The notes beneath the pieces are model-generated. The model was not told the origin of the DNA and did not search any database. It saw nothing but the letters and a program-made list of their open reading frames with translations. A stretch of 64,000 nt of DNA from Escherichia coli (GTDB taxonomy: Bacteria > Pseudomonadota > Gammaproteobacteria > Enterobacterales > Enterobacteriaceae): the NCBI RefSeq assembly GCF_050320075.1, contig NZ_CP190018.1; one strand, written 5' to 3'. Position numbers and translations under genes: made by a program. The first letter of the stretch is position 1. Every line of letters begins with the position of its first letter. This document shows positions 12,134-23,918 of this stretch, piece after piece.

Positions 12134-12844
12134 ATGGCAACCACTCATTTGGATGTTTGCGCCGTGGTTCCGGCGGCCGGATTTGGCCGTCGAATGCAAA
12201 CGGAATGTCCTAAGCAATATCTCTCAATCGGTAATCAAACCATTCTTGAACACTCGGTGCATGCGCTGCTGGCGCATCCCCGGGTGAAACATGTCGTCAT
12301 TGCCATAAGTCCTGGCGATAGCCGTTTTGCACAACTTCCTCTGGCGAATCATCCGCAAATCACCGTTGTAGATGGCGGTGATGAGCGTGCCGATTCGGTG
12401 CTGGCAGGTCTGAAAGCCGCTGGCGACGCGCAGTGGGTATTGGTGCATGACGCAGCTCGTCCTTGTCTGCATCAGGATGACCTCGCGCGATTGTTGGCGT
12501 TGAGCGAAACCAGCCGCACGGGGGGGATCCTCGCCGCACCAGTGCGCGATACGATGAAACGTGCCGAACCGGGCAAAAATGCCATTGCTCATACCGTTGA
12601 TCGCAACGGCTTATGGCACGCGCTGACGCCGCAATTTTTCCCTCGTGAGCTGTTACATGACTGCCTGACGCGCGCTCTAAATGAAGGCGCTACCATTACC
12701 GACGAAGCCTCGGCGCTGGAATATTGCGGATTTCATCCGCAGTTGGTCGAAGGCCGCGCGGATAACATTAAAGTCACGCGCCCGGAAGATTTGGCACTGG
12801 CCGAGTTTTACCTCACCCGAACCATCCATCAGGAGAATACATAA
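12134..12844 (+). CDS. ispD: 2-C-methyl-D-erythritol 4-phosphate cytidylyltransferase
   Basis: 236 aa, E. coli IspD. Confidence 0.95.
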
Positions 12845-13323
12845 TGCGAATTGGACACGGTTTTGACGTACACGCCTTTGGCGGTGAAGGCCCAATTATC
12901 ATTGGTGGCGTACGCATTCCTTACGAAAAAGGATTGCTGGCGCATTCTGATGGCGACGTGGCGCTCCATGCGTTGACCGATGCATTGCTTGGCGCGGCGG
13001 CGCTGGGGGATATCGGCAAACTGTTCCCGGATACCGATCCGGCATTTAAAGGTGCCGACAGCCGCGAGCTGCTACGCGAAGCCTGGCGTCGTATTCAGGC
13101 GAAGGGTTATACCCTGGGCAACGTCGATGTCACTATCATCGCTCAGGCACCGAAGATGTTGCCGCACATTCCACAAATGCGCGTGTTTATTGCCGAAGAT
13201 CTCGGCTGCCATATGGATGATGTTAACGTGAAAGCCACTACTACGGAAAAACTTGGATTTACCGGACGTGGGGAAGGGATTGCCTGTGAAGCGGTGGCGC
13301 TACTCATTAAGGCAACAAAATGA
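12844..13323 (+). CDS. ispF: 2-C-methyl-D-erythritol 2,4-cyclodiphosphate synthase
   Basis: 159 aa, [12 protein letters not shown]..., E. coli IspF. Confidence 0.95.
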
Positions 13324-14349
13324 TTGAGTTTGATAATCTCACTTACCTCCACGGTAAACCGCAAGGCACCGGGCTGCTGAAAGCCAATCCGGAAGACTTT
13401 GTGGTGGTGGAAGATTTGGGCTTTGAGCCTGATGGTGAAGGTGAGCATATTCTGGTTAGAATCCTCAAAAACGGCTGCAATACCCGTTTTGTGGCGGATG
13501 CACTGGCGAAATTCCTTAAAATTCATGCCCGTGAAGTCAGCTTCGCTGGGCAAAAAGACAAACATGCTGTAACGGAACAGTGGTTATGTGCTCGCGTGCC
13601 GGGCAAGGAAATGCCCGATCTGAGCGCCTTTCAACTGGAAGGCTGCCAGGTGCTGGAGTATGCGCGGCACAAGCGCAAGCTGCGTTTAGGCGCGCTGAAA
13701 GGTAACGCCTTTACCTTGGTTCTGCGCGAAGTGAGCAATCGCGATGACGTTGAACAACGTCTGATCGATATTTGCGTAAAAGGCGTGCCTAACTATTTTG
13801 GTGCCCAACGTTTTGGGATTGGCGGTAGCAACTTGCAGGGCGCGCTGCGCTGGGCGCAAACCAATACTCCGGTGCGCGATCGCAATAAACGGAGTTTTTG
13901 GTTGTCGGCAGCCCGCAGTGCGTTGTTTAATCAGATTGTTGCTGAGCGCCTCAAAAAAGCAGACGTTAATCAAGTTGTTGACGGCGATGCGCTACAATTA
14001 GCCGGACGTGGTAGCTGGTTTGTCGCAACCACCGAAGAACTGGCGGAATTACAGCGTCGCGTCAACGATAAAGAGCTGATGATAACCGCCGCATTGCCGG
14101 GCAGTGGCGAATGGGGAACTCAGCGTGAAGCGTTGGCATTCGAACAAGCAGCTGTCGCCGCAGAAACTGAATTACAAGCCTTACTGGTGCGCGAAAAAGT
14201 TGAAGCCGCGCGCAGAGCGATGCTGCTGTATCCGCAACAATTAAGCTGGAACTGGTGGGATGACGTCACCGTAGAAATCCGTTTCTGGCTTCCGGCGGGT
14301 AGTTTTGCAACCAGCGTTGTCAGGGAACTTATCAACACAACAGGTGATT

Positions 14350-14369
<20 letters not shown>
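13320..14369 (+). CDS. truD: tRNA pseudouridine(13) synthase
   Basis: 349 aa, E. coli TruD. Confidence 0.95.
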
Positions 14370-15731
<1,362 letters not shown>

Positions 15732-15870
15732 AACGTGAGGAAATACCTGGATTTTTCCTGGTTATTTTGCCGCAGGTCAGCGTATCGTGAACATCTTTTC
15801 CAGTGTTCAGTATGGTGCCTTGCACGGTAATTATGTCACTGGTTATTAACCAATTTTTCCTGGGGGATAA

Positions 15871-17010
15871 ATGAGCGCGGGAAGCCCAAAATTCACCGTT
15901 CGCCGCATTGCGGCTTTGTCACTGGTTTCGCTATGGCTGGCAGGCTGTTCTGACACTTCAAATCCACCGGCACCGGTCAGCTCCGTTAATGGCAATGCGC
16001 CTGCAAATACCAATTCTGGTATGTTGATTACGCCGCCGCCGAAAATGGGAACGACGTCTACAGCGCAGCAACCGCAAATTCAGCCGGTACAGCAGCCACA
16101 AATTCAGGCTACTCAACAACCGCAAATCCAGCCAGTACAGCCAGTAGCTCAGCAGCCGGTACAGATGGAAAACGGACGCATCGTCTACAACCGTCAGTAT
16201 GGGAACATTCCGAAAGGCAGTTATAGCGGCAGTACCTATACCGTGAAAAAAGGCGACACACTTTTCTATATCGCCTGGATTACTGGCAACGATTTCCGTG
16301 ACCTTGCTCAGCGCAACAATATTCAGGCACCATACGCGCTGAACGTCGGTCAGACCTTACAGGTGGGTAATGCTTCCGGTACGCCAATCACTGGCGGAAA
16401 TGCCATTACCCAGGCCGATGCAGCAGAGCAAGGAGTTGTGATCAAGCCTGCACAAAATTCCACCGTTGCTGTTGCTTCGCAACCGACAATTACGTATTCT
16501 GAGTCTTCGGGTGAACAGAGTGCTAACAAAATGTTGCCGAACAACAAGCCAACTGCGACCACGGTCACAGCGCCTGTAACGGTACCAACAGCAAGCACAA
16601 CCGAGCCGACTGTCAGCAGTACATCAACCAGTACGCCTATCTCCACCTGGCGCTGGCCGACTGAGGGCAAAGTGATCGAAACCTTTGGCGCTTCTGAGGG
16701 GGGCAACAAGGGGATTGATATCGCGGGCAGCAAAGGACAGGCAATTATCGCGACCGCAGATGGCCGCGTTGTTTATGCCGGTAACGCGCTGCGCGGCTAC
16801 GGTAATCTGATTATCATCAAACATAATGATGATTACCTGAGTGCCTACGCCCATAACGACACAATGCTGGTCCGGGAACAACAAGAAGTGAAGGCGGGGC
16901 AAAAAATAGCAACCATGGGTAGCACCGGAACCAGTTCAACACGCTTGCATTTTGAAATTCGTTACAAGGGGAAATCCGTAAACCCGCTGCGTTATTTGCC
17001 GCAGCGATAA
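15871..17010 (+). CDS. nlpD: Murein hydrolase activator lipoprotein NlpD (LysM + M23 peptidase domain)
   Basis: 379 aa, lipobox LAGC, Q/P-rich linker, LysM and degenerate M23 domain. Confidence 0.95.
   Translation: MSAGSPKFTVRRIAALSLVSLWLAGCSDTSNPPAPVSSVNGNAPANTNSGMLITPPPKMGTTSTAQQPQIQPVQQPQIQATQQPQIQPVQPVAQQPVQMENGRIVYNRQYGNIPKGSYSGSTYTVKKGDTLFYIAWITGNDFRDLAQRNNIQAPYALNVGQTLQVGNASGTPITGGNAITQADAAEQGVVIKPAQNSTVAVASQPTITYSESSGEQSANKMLPNNKPTATTVTAPVTVPTASTTEPTVSSTSTSTPISTWRWPTEGKVIETFGASEGGNKGIDIAGSKGQAIIATADGRVVYAGNALRGYGNLIIIKHNDDYLSAYAHNDTMLVREQQEVKAGQKIATMGSTGTSSTRLHFEIRYKGKSVNPLRYLPQR
16066..16160 (+). repeat. In-frame imperfect 24-bp tandem repeat inside nlpD (encodes QQPQIQPV-like units)
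   Basis: Three consecutive 24-bp units starting 16066, 16090, 16114 plus a partial unit; read directly from DNA and translation. Confidence 0.6.
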
Positions 17011-17072
17011 ATCGGCGGAACCAGGCTTTTGCTTGAATGTTCCGTCAAGGGATCACGGGTAGGAGCCACCTT
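16500..17072 (+). promoter_or_regulatory. rpoS main promoter and long 5' UTR embedded in 3' part of nlpD (approximate)
   Basis: Established knowledge for E. coli: rpoS is transcribed from a promoter inside nlpD giving a ~570-nt leader targeted by DsrA/RprA/ArcZ. Coordinates are approximate; not mapped motif by motif. Confidence 0.5.
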
Positions 17073-18065
17073 ATGAGTCAGAATACGCTGAAAGTTCATG
17101 ATTTAAATGAAGATGCGGAATTTGATGAGAACGGAGTTGAGGTTTTTGACGAAAAGGCCTTAGTAGAAGAGGAACCCAGTGATAACGATTTGGCCGAAGA
17201 GGAACTGTTATCGCAGGGAGCCACACAGCGTGTGTTGGACGCGACTCAGCTTTACCTTGGTGAGATTGGTTATTCACCACTGTTAACGGCCGAAGAAGAA
17301 GTTTATTTTGCGCGTCGCGCACTGCGTGGAGATGTTGCCTCCCGCCGCCGGATGATCGAGAGTAACTTGCGTCTGGTGGTAAAAATTGCCCGCCGTTATG
17401 GCAATCGTGGTCTGGCGTTGCTGGACCTGATCGAAGAGGGCAACCTGGGGCTGATCCGCGCGGTAGAGAAGTTTGACCCGGAACGTGGTTTCCGCTTCTC
17501 AACATACGCAACCTGGTGGATTCGCCAGACGATCGAACGGGCGATTATGAACCAAACCCGTACTATTCGTTTGCCGATTCACATCGTAAAGGAGCTGAAC
17601 GTTTACCTGCGAACCGCACGCGAGTTGTCCCATAAACTGGACCACGAACCAAGTGCGGAAGAGATCGCAGAGCAACTGGATAAGCCAGTTGATGACGTCA
17701 GCCGTATGCTTCGTCTTAACGAGCGCATTACCTCGGTAGACACCCCGCTGGGTGGTGATTCCGAAAAAGCGTTGCTGGACATCCTGGCCGATGAAAAAGA
17801 GAACGGTCCGGAAGATACCACGCAAGATGACGATATGAAGCAGAGCATCGTCAAATGGCTGTTCGAGCTGAACGCCAAACAGCGTGAAGTACTGGCACGT
17901 CGATTCGGTTTGCTGGGGTACGAAGCGGCAACACTGGAAGATGTAGGTCGTGAAATTGGCCTCACCCGTGAACGTGTTCGCCAGATTCAGGTTGAAGGCC
18001 TGCGCCGTTTGCGCGAAATCCTGCAAACGCAGGGGCTGAATATCGAAGCGCTGTTCCGCGAGTAA
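17073..18065 (+). CDS. rpoS: RNA polymerase sigma factor RpoS (sigma-38), intact
   Basis: 330 aa from ATG 17073, [25 protein letters not shown]...; codon 33 is GAG (Glu), no amber. Confidence 0.97.
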   Translation: MSQNTLKVHDLNEDAEFDENGVEVFDEKALVEEEPSDNDLAEEELLSQGATQRVLDATQLYLGEIGYSPLLTAEEEVYFARRALRGDVASRRRMIESNLRLVVKIARRYGNRGLALLDLIEEGNLGLIRAVEKFDPERGFRFSTYATWWIRQTIERAIMNQTRTIRLPIHIVKELNVYLRTARELSHKLDHEPSAEEIAEQLDKPVDDVSRMLRLNERITSVDTPLGGDSEKALLDILADEKENGPEDTTQDDDMKQSIVKWLFELNAKQREVLARRFGLLGYEAATLEDVGREIGLTRERVRQIQVEGLRRLREILQTQGLNIEALFRE

Positions 18066-18083
18066 GTAAGCATCTGTCAGAAA

Positions 18084-18116
18084 GGCCAGTCTCAAGCGAG
18101 GCTGGCCTTTTTTCTT
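18084..18116 (+). terminator. Rho-independent terminator downstream of rpoS
   Basis: 10-bp stem GGCCAGTCTC/GAGGCTGGCC with loop AAGC, followed by TTTTTT. Confidence 0.75.
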
Positions 18117-18185
18117 TTGTTTGGGAAGCATGTGTTTTTGTGGGCTGGATAAGCCGCGATAGCGTCGCATCCGGCAATTTGCACC

Positions 18186-18593
18186 CTATGTGTTCATCAT
18201 CTTGCGCACCAACTGCATAAACAGCTCCTGCTCTTCTGCACTCAAACGCCCCAAAAATTCCTCATCCACGCTGTCACCAATGGGGATCGCCGCAGCAAGT
18301 ACCTTTTCTCCTTCGGCAGTCAGCCAGACAAAGCGTCGCCGCTTGTCAGCGGCGTCATGTTCACGTCTGACTAAGCCACGATTTTCCATTCTTGCCAACA
18401 TTTCTGCCAGCGTTGCTTTGGTGCTGACTGCTGCTTCTATCAGTGCCACCTGTTCGATACCAGGCTTATCAGCAATGGCGCGCATCACCGCGTACTGTGG
18501 TTTGGTGAGGTCAGGTAACTCGTGCTGCCAGCGAGCCGTGTGCTGCTGAAAAAGCTGTCGTAACTGATGGAACGCTTTATTTCGTAACGCCAT
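18186..18593 (-). CDS. hosA: MarR/SlyA-family transcriptional regulator (HosA-like)
   Basis: 135 aa from ATG 18593 (GGAG RBS 5 nt upstream); winged-helix MarR pattern; divergent from the decarboxylase genes. Symbol from recollection of the rpoS-mutS islet in pathogenic E. coli. Confidence 0.75.
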   Translation of the reverse strand: MALRNKAFHQLRQLFQQHTARWQHELPDLTKPQYAVMRAIADKPGIEQVALIEAAVSTKATLAEMLARMENRGLVRREHDAADKRRRFVWLTAEGEKVLAAAIPIGDSVDEEFLGRLSAEEQELFMQLVRKMMNT

Positions 18594-18739
18594 GTAAACT
18601 CCGGGCAAACTATCTGCCGCTATCATAGCGGTTTTTCAGTGACGAAGAAGATGTTGTTACTTTTCAGTGCTTGCCGCGATGAAAACAGAGGCGTATTTTA
18701 ATAATAACGTTCGTATACGAACAATTAAGAGAATAAACA

Positions 18740-19333
18740 ATGAGACTGATCGTCGGGATGACAGGGGCCACCGGAGCGCCTCTTGGTGTGGCATTACTGC
18801 AAGCGCTGCGGGAGATGCCGAATGTCGAGACTCATCTGGTGATGTCGAAGTGGGCGAAAACCACCATTGAACTGGAAACGCCTTACAACGCCCGCGATGT
18901 TGCTGCCCTCGCAGACTTCTGCCATAACCCGGCGGATCAGGCCGCAACCATCTCCTCAGGTTCCTTTCGTACCGACGGCATGATCGTTATTCCGTGCAGT
19001 ATGAAAACGCTCGCCGGTATCCGTGCCGGTTACGCCGATGGCCTGGTAGGGCGCGCGGCGGACGTCGTGCTCAAAGAAGGCCGCAAACTAGTGCTGGTGC
19101 CGCGTGAAATGCCGCTTAGCACCATCCATCTCGAAAATATGCTCGCACTTTCACGCATGGGCGTGGCGATGGTGCCGCCGATGCCTGCCTTTTATAACCA
19201 TCCCGAAACGGTAGATGACATTGTCCACCACGTGGTAGCCCGCGTGCTGGATCAATTTGGCCTCGAACATCCTCACGCCAGGCGCTGGCAAGGATTGCCG
19301 CAGGCCCGGAATTTTTCTCAGGAGAATGAATAA
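18740..19333 (+). CDS. ecdB: UbiX-like flavin prenyltransferase (decarboxylase subunit B, Pad1-like)
   Basis: 197 aa, MRLIVGMTGATGAPLG flavoprotein N-terminus typical of UbiX/Pad1. Confidence 0.9.
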   Translation: MRLIVGMTGATGAPLGVALLQALREMPNVETHLVMSKWAKTTIELETPYNARDVAALADFCHNPADQAATISSGSFRTDGMIVIPCSMKTLAGIRAGYADGLVGRAADVVLKEGRKLVLVPREMPLSTIHLENMLALSRMGVAMVPPMPAFYNHPETVDDIVHHVVARVLDQFGLEHPHARRWQGLPQARNFSQENE

Positions 19334-20760
19334 TGGCATTTGATGATTTACGCAGCTTTTTACAGGCGCTTGATGACCACGGCCAGTTACTGAAAATCAG
19401 CGAAGAGGTGAACGCGGAACCGGATCTGGCAGCCGCTGCCAACGCCACCGGACGTATCGGCGATGTTGCACCGGCGCTGTGGTTTGACAATATTCGCGGC
19501 TTTATCGATGCCCGCGTGGCAATGAACACCATCGGTTCCTGGCAGAACCACGCGATTTCCCTCGGCCTGCCGCCAAACACCCCGGTTAAAAAACAGATTG
19601 ATGAGTTTATCCGCCGCTGGGATAACTTCCCCATTGCCCCGGAGCGCCGCGCCAATCCAGCCTGGGCGCAGAACACCGTCGATGGCGACGAGATCAACCT
19701 GTTCGATATTCTGCCTCTGTTTCGTTTAAACGACGGTGATGGCGGTTTCTATCTCGACAAAGCGTGCGTGGTTTCCCGCGATCCGCTTGATCCGGATAAC
19801 TTCGGCAAGCAGAACGTCGGCATCTACCGTATGGAAGTGAAGGGTAAGCGTAAGCTCGGTCTGCAACCGGTGCCGATGCACGATATCGCCCTGCATCTGC
19901 ATAAAGCGGAAGAACGCGGTGAAGATCTGCCGATTGCCATCACACTCGGTAACGATCCGATCATCACCCTGATGGGGGCCACGCCGCTGAAATATGATCA
20001 GTCCGAGTACGAAATGGCAGGCGCGCTGCGTGAAAGCCCGTACCCGATCGCCACCGCCCCGCTGACTGGTTTTGATGTGCCGTGGGGTTCAGAAGTGATC
20101 CTCGAAGGGGTCATCGAAAGCCGTAAACGCGAAATCGAAGGGCCGTTTGGTGAGTTTACCGGGCACTACTCCGGCGGGCGTAACATGACCGTGGTGCGTA
20201 TCGATAAAGTCTCTTATCGCAGCAAACCCATTTTTGAATCGCTCTATCTCGGGATGCCGTGGACGGAAATCGACTACCTGATGGGGCCAGCCACCTGCGT
20301 GCCGCTGTATCAGCAACTGAAAGCCGAGTTCCCGGAAGTGCAGGCGGTAAATGCCATGTACACCCACGGCCTGCTGGCGATTATCTCCACCAAAAAACGC
20401 TACGGTGGCTTTGCCCGCGCGGTGGGCCTGCGTGCGATGACCACGCCACACGGTCTGGGCTACGTGAAGATGGTGATTATGGTCGATGAAGACGTTGATC
20501 CGTTCAACCTGCCGCAGGTGATGTGGGCGCTCTCTTCGAAAGTGAACCCGGCAGGGGATTTGGTGCAGTTGCCGAATATGTCCGTGCTGGAACTCGACCC
20601 CGGCTCAAGCCCGGCCGGTATCACCGACAAGCTGATTATCGACGCCACCACGCCTGTCGCCCCGGACAACCGTGGTCACTACAGCCAGCCGGTGGTGGAT
20701 TTACCGGAAACCAAAGCCTGGGCTGAAAAACTGACCGCTATGCTGGCCGCACGTAAATAA
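19333..20760 (+). CDS. ecdC: UbiD-family (prFMN-dependent) aromatic acid decarboxylase subunit C
   Basis: 475 aa, UbiD-family length and motifs; start overlaps ecdB stop. Confidence 0.9.
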   Translation: MAFDDLRSFLQALDDHGQLLKISEEVNAEPDLAAAANATGRIGDVAPALWFDNIRGFIDARVAMNTIGSWQNHAISLGLPPNTPVKKQIDEFIRRWDNFPIAPERRANPAWAQNTVDGDEINLFDILPLFRLNDGDGGFYLDKACVVSRDPLDPDNFGKQNVGIYRMEVKGKRKLGLQPVPMHDIALHLHKAEERGEDLPIAITLGNDPIITLMGATPLKYDQSEYEMAGALRESPYPIATAPLTGFDVPWGSEVILEGVIESRKREIEGPFGEFTGHYSGGRNMTVVRIDKVSYRSKPIFESLYLGMPWTEIDYLMGPATCVPLYQQLKAEFPEVQAVNAMYTHGLLAIISTKKRYGGFARAVGLRAMTTPHGLGYVKMVIMVDEDVDPFNLPQVMWALSSKVNPAGDLVQLPNMSVLELDPGSSPAGITDKLIIDATTPVAPDNRGHYSQPVVDLPETKAWAEKLTAMLAARK

Positions 20761-20770
20761 GGAGAACAAG

Positions 20771-21007
20771 ATGATTTGTCCACGTTGTGCTGATGAACAG
20801 ATTGAAGTGATGGCGAAATCGCCGGTAAAAGATGTCTGGACGGTCTACCAGTGCCAGCATTGCCTCTATACCTGGCGCGATACCGAACCGCTACGCCGCA
20901 CCAGCCGCGAACATTATCCCGAAGCGTTCCGCATGACACAGAAAGATATTGATGACGCGCCGATGGTGCCGAGCATCCCGCCGCTGCTGGCGGAAGGTAA
21001 GCGCTAA
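20771..21007 (+). CDS. ecdD: Decarboxylase small subunit D (zinc-ribbon, CxxC...CxxC)
   Basis: 78 aa, MICPRCADEQ...YQCQHCLYTW, typical small subunit of BsdBCD/EcdBCD-type decarboxylases. Confidence 0.85.
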   Translation: MICPRCADEQIEVMAKSPVKDVWTVYQCQHCLYTWRDTEPLRRTSREHYPEAFRMTQKDIDDAPMVPSIPPLLAEGKR

Positions 21008-21010
21008 ATA

Positions 21011-21041
21011 AAAGGTCCGATGCCCATCGGACCTTTTTATT
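21011..21041. terminator. Bidirectional terminator between convergent ecdD and ygbN
   Basis: Stem GGTCCGATG/CATCGGACC flanked by an A-run and TTTTT. Confidence 0.7.
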
Positions 21042-21045
21042 AAGG

Positions 21046-22410
21046 TCAAATTACCGCCCATACGCACCAGGTAATTAAGAATCCGGTAAAACCGAGAATG
21101 GTCGTTAACACTGTCCAGGTTTTCAGACCGTCTGCTACCGATAACCCCAGATATTTGGTCACAATCCAGAACCCTGAGTCATTAATATGTGACGCGCCAA
21201 GCCCACCAAAGCAGGCTGCCAGCGTCACCAATACGCACTGAATCGGATTCAATCCCATCACCGCTTCTGAGAGTAACCCGCCGGTTGTCAGGATTGCTAC
21301 GGTTGCTGACCCCTGCGATGCACGCAGCGCCAGTGAAATAATAAATGCGGCTGGTAACAGAGGCAGGTCAATCATTTGTAGCATGTTGGCAAGGGCTTTG
21401 CCGACGCCCGATTCCACCAGCACTTTGCCAAATACCCCTCCAGCACCAGTAACCAAAATCACTACCGCCGCGGTGGGAAGGGCTGAGCCCATAATGTCGC
21501 TGGTGTGTTGTAAGCTCCAGCCGCGACGTAAAGCCAATAACCAGAATGCCAGCACCAGCGCAATCATTAGAGCTACCATTGGTGAGCCGATCAGCTGTAG
21601 CGTACCAAGCAGGGGATGCGAAGGCGGCATCAGTGTTGCGGAAACCGTACCCGCCATGATAATCGCGATAGGAATAACAATTAGCGAGGTGACCAGCGCG
21701 ACGCCCGGTGGATTTATTTTATCGCTTAATTTTGTCGCGCCTTCCTCACTGGCCGGAGCCAGTTGCATCTGTTCCAGTACTTCCACCGACATCGCATATT
21801 GGCGCTTATTGATTATTTTCGCTGCAAAGTAGCCAACAATCCCTACGGGAATAGAAATCGCAATACCGATGATGGTTAGCCAGCCGATGTCTGCGTGGAG
21901 TAACCCCGCTGCGGCGACAGGGCCTGGATGCGGCGGTACCGCCACATGAACAGTTAGCATGATTCCAGCGACAGGCAGGCCAAATTTGAGTGGCGATATT
22001 TTGGCAACCTTGGCAAAACCGTAAATGATTGGCGCAAGAATAATAAAGCCGACATCAAAGAAGACGGGAATACCGAGGAAGAACGCTGCCAGAGTCAGCG
22101 CAGCGATAGTTCGTTTGTCACCTAACTTGCGACTGAAATAATTAGCCAGTGACTCTGCACCACCAGAGTGTTCGATCATACGCCCCAGCATAGCGCCCAG
22201 ACCAATAATAATAGTGACGGAACCAAGCACACCGCCCATCCCGGCGATCATCACTTTACCCACTTCGCCCGCCGGTATACCCGCCGCAAGTGCGACTAAC
22301 AGGCTGACGAGGAGCAGAGCAACGAATGGTTGTACCTTTGCCTTGATGACCAGCAGCAACAGCATGATTACGCCAGTTAACGCAATGCATAACAATGTAA
22401 TTGTGGACAT
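21046..22410 (-). CDS. ygbN: GntP-family permease YgbN
   Basis: 454 aa polytopic membrane protein; E. coli YgbN. Confidence 0.93.
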   Translation of the reverse strand: MSTITLLCIALTGVIMLLLLVIKAKVQPFVALLLVSLLVALAAGIPAGEVGKVMIAGMGGVLGSVTIIIGLGAMLGRMIEHSGGAESLANYFSRKLGDKRTIAALTLAAFFLGIPVFFDVGFIILAPIIYGFAKVAKISPLKFGLPVAGIMLTVHVAVPPHPGPVAAAGLLHADIGWLTIIGIAISIPVGIVGYFAAKIINKRQYAMSVEVLEQMQLAPASEEGATKLSDKINPPGVALVTSLIVIPIAIIMAGTVSATLMPPSHPLLGTLQLIGSPMVALMIALVLAFWLLALRRGWSLQHTSDIMGSALPTAAVVILVTGAGGVFGKVLVESGVGKALANMLQMIDLPLLPAAFIISLALRASQGSATVAILTTGGLLSEAVMGLNPIQCVLVTLAACFGGLGASHINDSGFWIVTKYLGLSVADGLKTWTVLTTILGFTGFLITWCVWAVI

Positions 22411-22498
22411 GGGAAACCCTGTCTGAAAGTTATAGTTAACCTACCCCATCCGTAGATGGGGGGATGTATGGGTACTTTGTAATTAGGGATTTAACGAA

Positions 22499-23275
22499 TT
22501 AGCGCCAGGCGTCAAACCAGCCAAGCCCTTCTTCGGTGAGGCCACGAGGTTTATATTCACAACCGATCCAGCCCTGATATCCCACCTCATCGAACAGGCG
22601 GAACAGCCACGGATAGTTGATTTCTCCATCGTCCGGTTCATGTCGATCAGGTAGTCCGGCAATTTGTACGTGCGCATATTTCCCGGCGTAGTCGCGGATT
22701 AAATGCGTCAGGTTGCCATCTACTTTTTGCGCATGAAAAGTATCTAGTTGAATAAACACGTTATCTCGTGCAACTTCTTCAACAATAGCCAGTGCCTGAT
22801 ACTGGCTGGAGAAGAGATAATGAGGCTTAACGCCGGGGCTGAGTGCTTCAACTAATATTCGCTTGCCGTGTGGCGCAAAGCGGTCGGCAGCGTAGCGGAG
22901 ATTATCGATAAATACTGCCCTGTACCGTTCAGCATCTTCGCCAGCGGGCACGACGCCTGCCATCACATGGACTTGTTCACAATTGAGCGCCAATGCATAT
23001 TCCAGTGCCAGGTCGATGTCTGCGTGTGCTTCGTGCTCACGTCCGGGAAGGGCGGATAATCCCCATTCCCCCGCATTAATATCTCCGGGAGCGGTATTGA
23101 ACAGCGCCAGTGTCAGATGGTTTTGCTCCAGTTGCTTTTGGATTTGCAGGGTGGAGTAGTCATAGGGAAACAGAAATTCCACAGCATCGAACCCGGCTTT
23201 TCGCGCTGCGGCGAAGCGTTCAATAAAAGGCACTTCGGTGAACATCATGGATAAATTAGCTGCAAAACGAGGCAT
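22499..23275 (-). CDS. ygbM: Hydroxypyruvate-isomerase-family protein YgbM (2-oxo-tetronate isomerase, OtnI)
   Basis: 258 aa, TIM-barrel xylose-isomerase-like; E. coli YgbM. Confidence 0.93.
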   Translation of the reverse strand: MPRFAANLSMMFTEVPFIERFAAARKAGFDAVEFLFPYDYSTLQIQKQLEQNHLTLALFNTAPGDINAGEWGLSALPGREHEAHADIDLALEYALALNCEQVHVMAGVVPAGEDAERYRAVFIDNLRYAADRFAPHGKRILVEALSPGVKPHYLFSSQYQALAIVEEVARDNVFIQLDTFHAQKVDGNLTHLIRDYAGKYAHVQIAGLPDRHEPDDGEINYPWLFRLFDEVGYQGWIGCEYKPRGLTEEGLGWFDAWR

Positions 23276-23279
23276 TGCA

Positions 23280-23918
23280 TTAACTCCTTAATTCCGCAAT
23301 TTCACCTGCGGTCAGATAACGGATCGGGCGGTCACCGAGAATAAAAATCAGCTTTGCCGTTTCCTCCAGCTCTTCCATATTGTTGGCGGCTTCTTGCAGG
23401 CTTTCACCGCAAACCACTGGGCCATGATTTGCCAGTAAAAAAGCCTGATTGTCTGCTGCCAGTTCCGCCAGATCCTGTGCGATGCGTTTATCGCCCGGTC
23501 GGTAATAAGGCACCAGCGGGACATTTCCCATCCGCATCACCACGTATGGTGTGAACGGACGAATAACGTTGCTGCTGTCCAGCCCTTGCAGGCAGGAAAG
23601 CGCCGTCGACCATGTGCTGTGCAAATGCACCACCGCTTTACAGCGCGGATTGTTGCGATACAGCGCCAGATGAAAGAGCACCTCTTTCGAGGGTTTGTCA
23701 CCACTTAACCATTCGCCATCCGCGGCGACTTTGGAAAGCCGCTGCGGATCGAGATTGCCCAGGCATGAACCTGTCGGTGTCGCCAGTAAATTCCCGTCAG
23801 GTAAAAGCAGCGACAGATTGCCAGCCGAACCGGTTGCATAGCCGCGCTGAAAGAATGAACTGGCAATCCGCGTCATCTCCTCTCGCAAAGACTGCTCTAC
23901 TTTTGCGAAATCGCTCAT
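23280..23918 (-). CDS. ygbL: Class II aldolase/adducin-family protein YgbL (OtnC)
   Basis: 212 aa; E. coli YgbL. Confidence 0.93.
   Translation of the reverse strand: MSDFAKVEQSLREEMTRIASSFFQRGYATGSAGNLSLLLPDGNLLATPTGSCLGNLDPQRLSKVAADGEWLSGDKPSKEVLFHLALYRNNPRCKAVVHLHSTWSTALSCLQGLDSSNVIRPFTPYVVMRMGNVPLVPYYRPGDKRIAQDLAELAADNQAFLLANHGPVVCGESLQEAANNMEELEETAKLIFILGDRPIRYLTAGEIAELRS

Noticed and set aside
17499-18170. 223-aa minus-strand ORF
   Set aside because: Antisense to rpoS and spanning its terminator; no RBS; the sense gene is certain.
22444-22461. Small hairpin CCCCATC-CGTA-GATGGGG between ygbM and ygbN
   Set aside because: Short stem with no U-tract on either strand; could be incidental, noted only.
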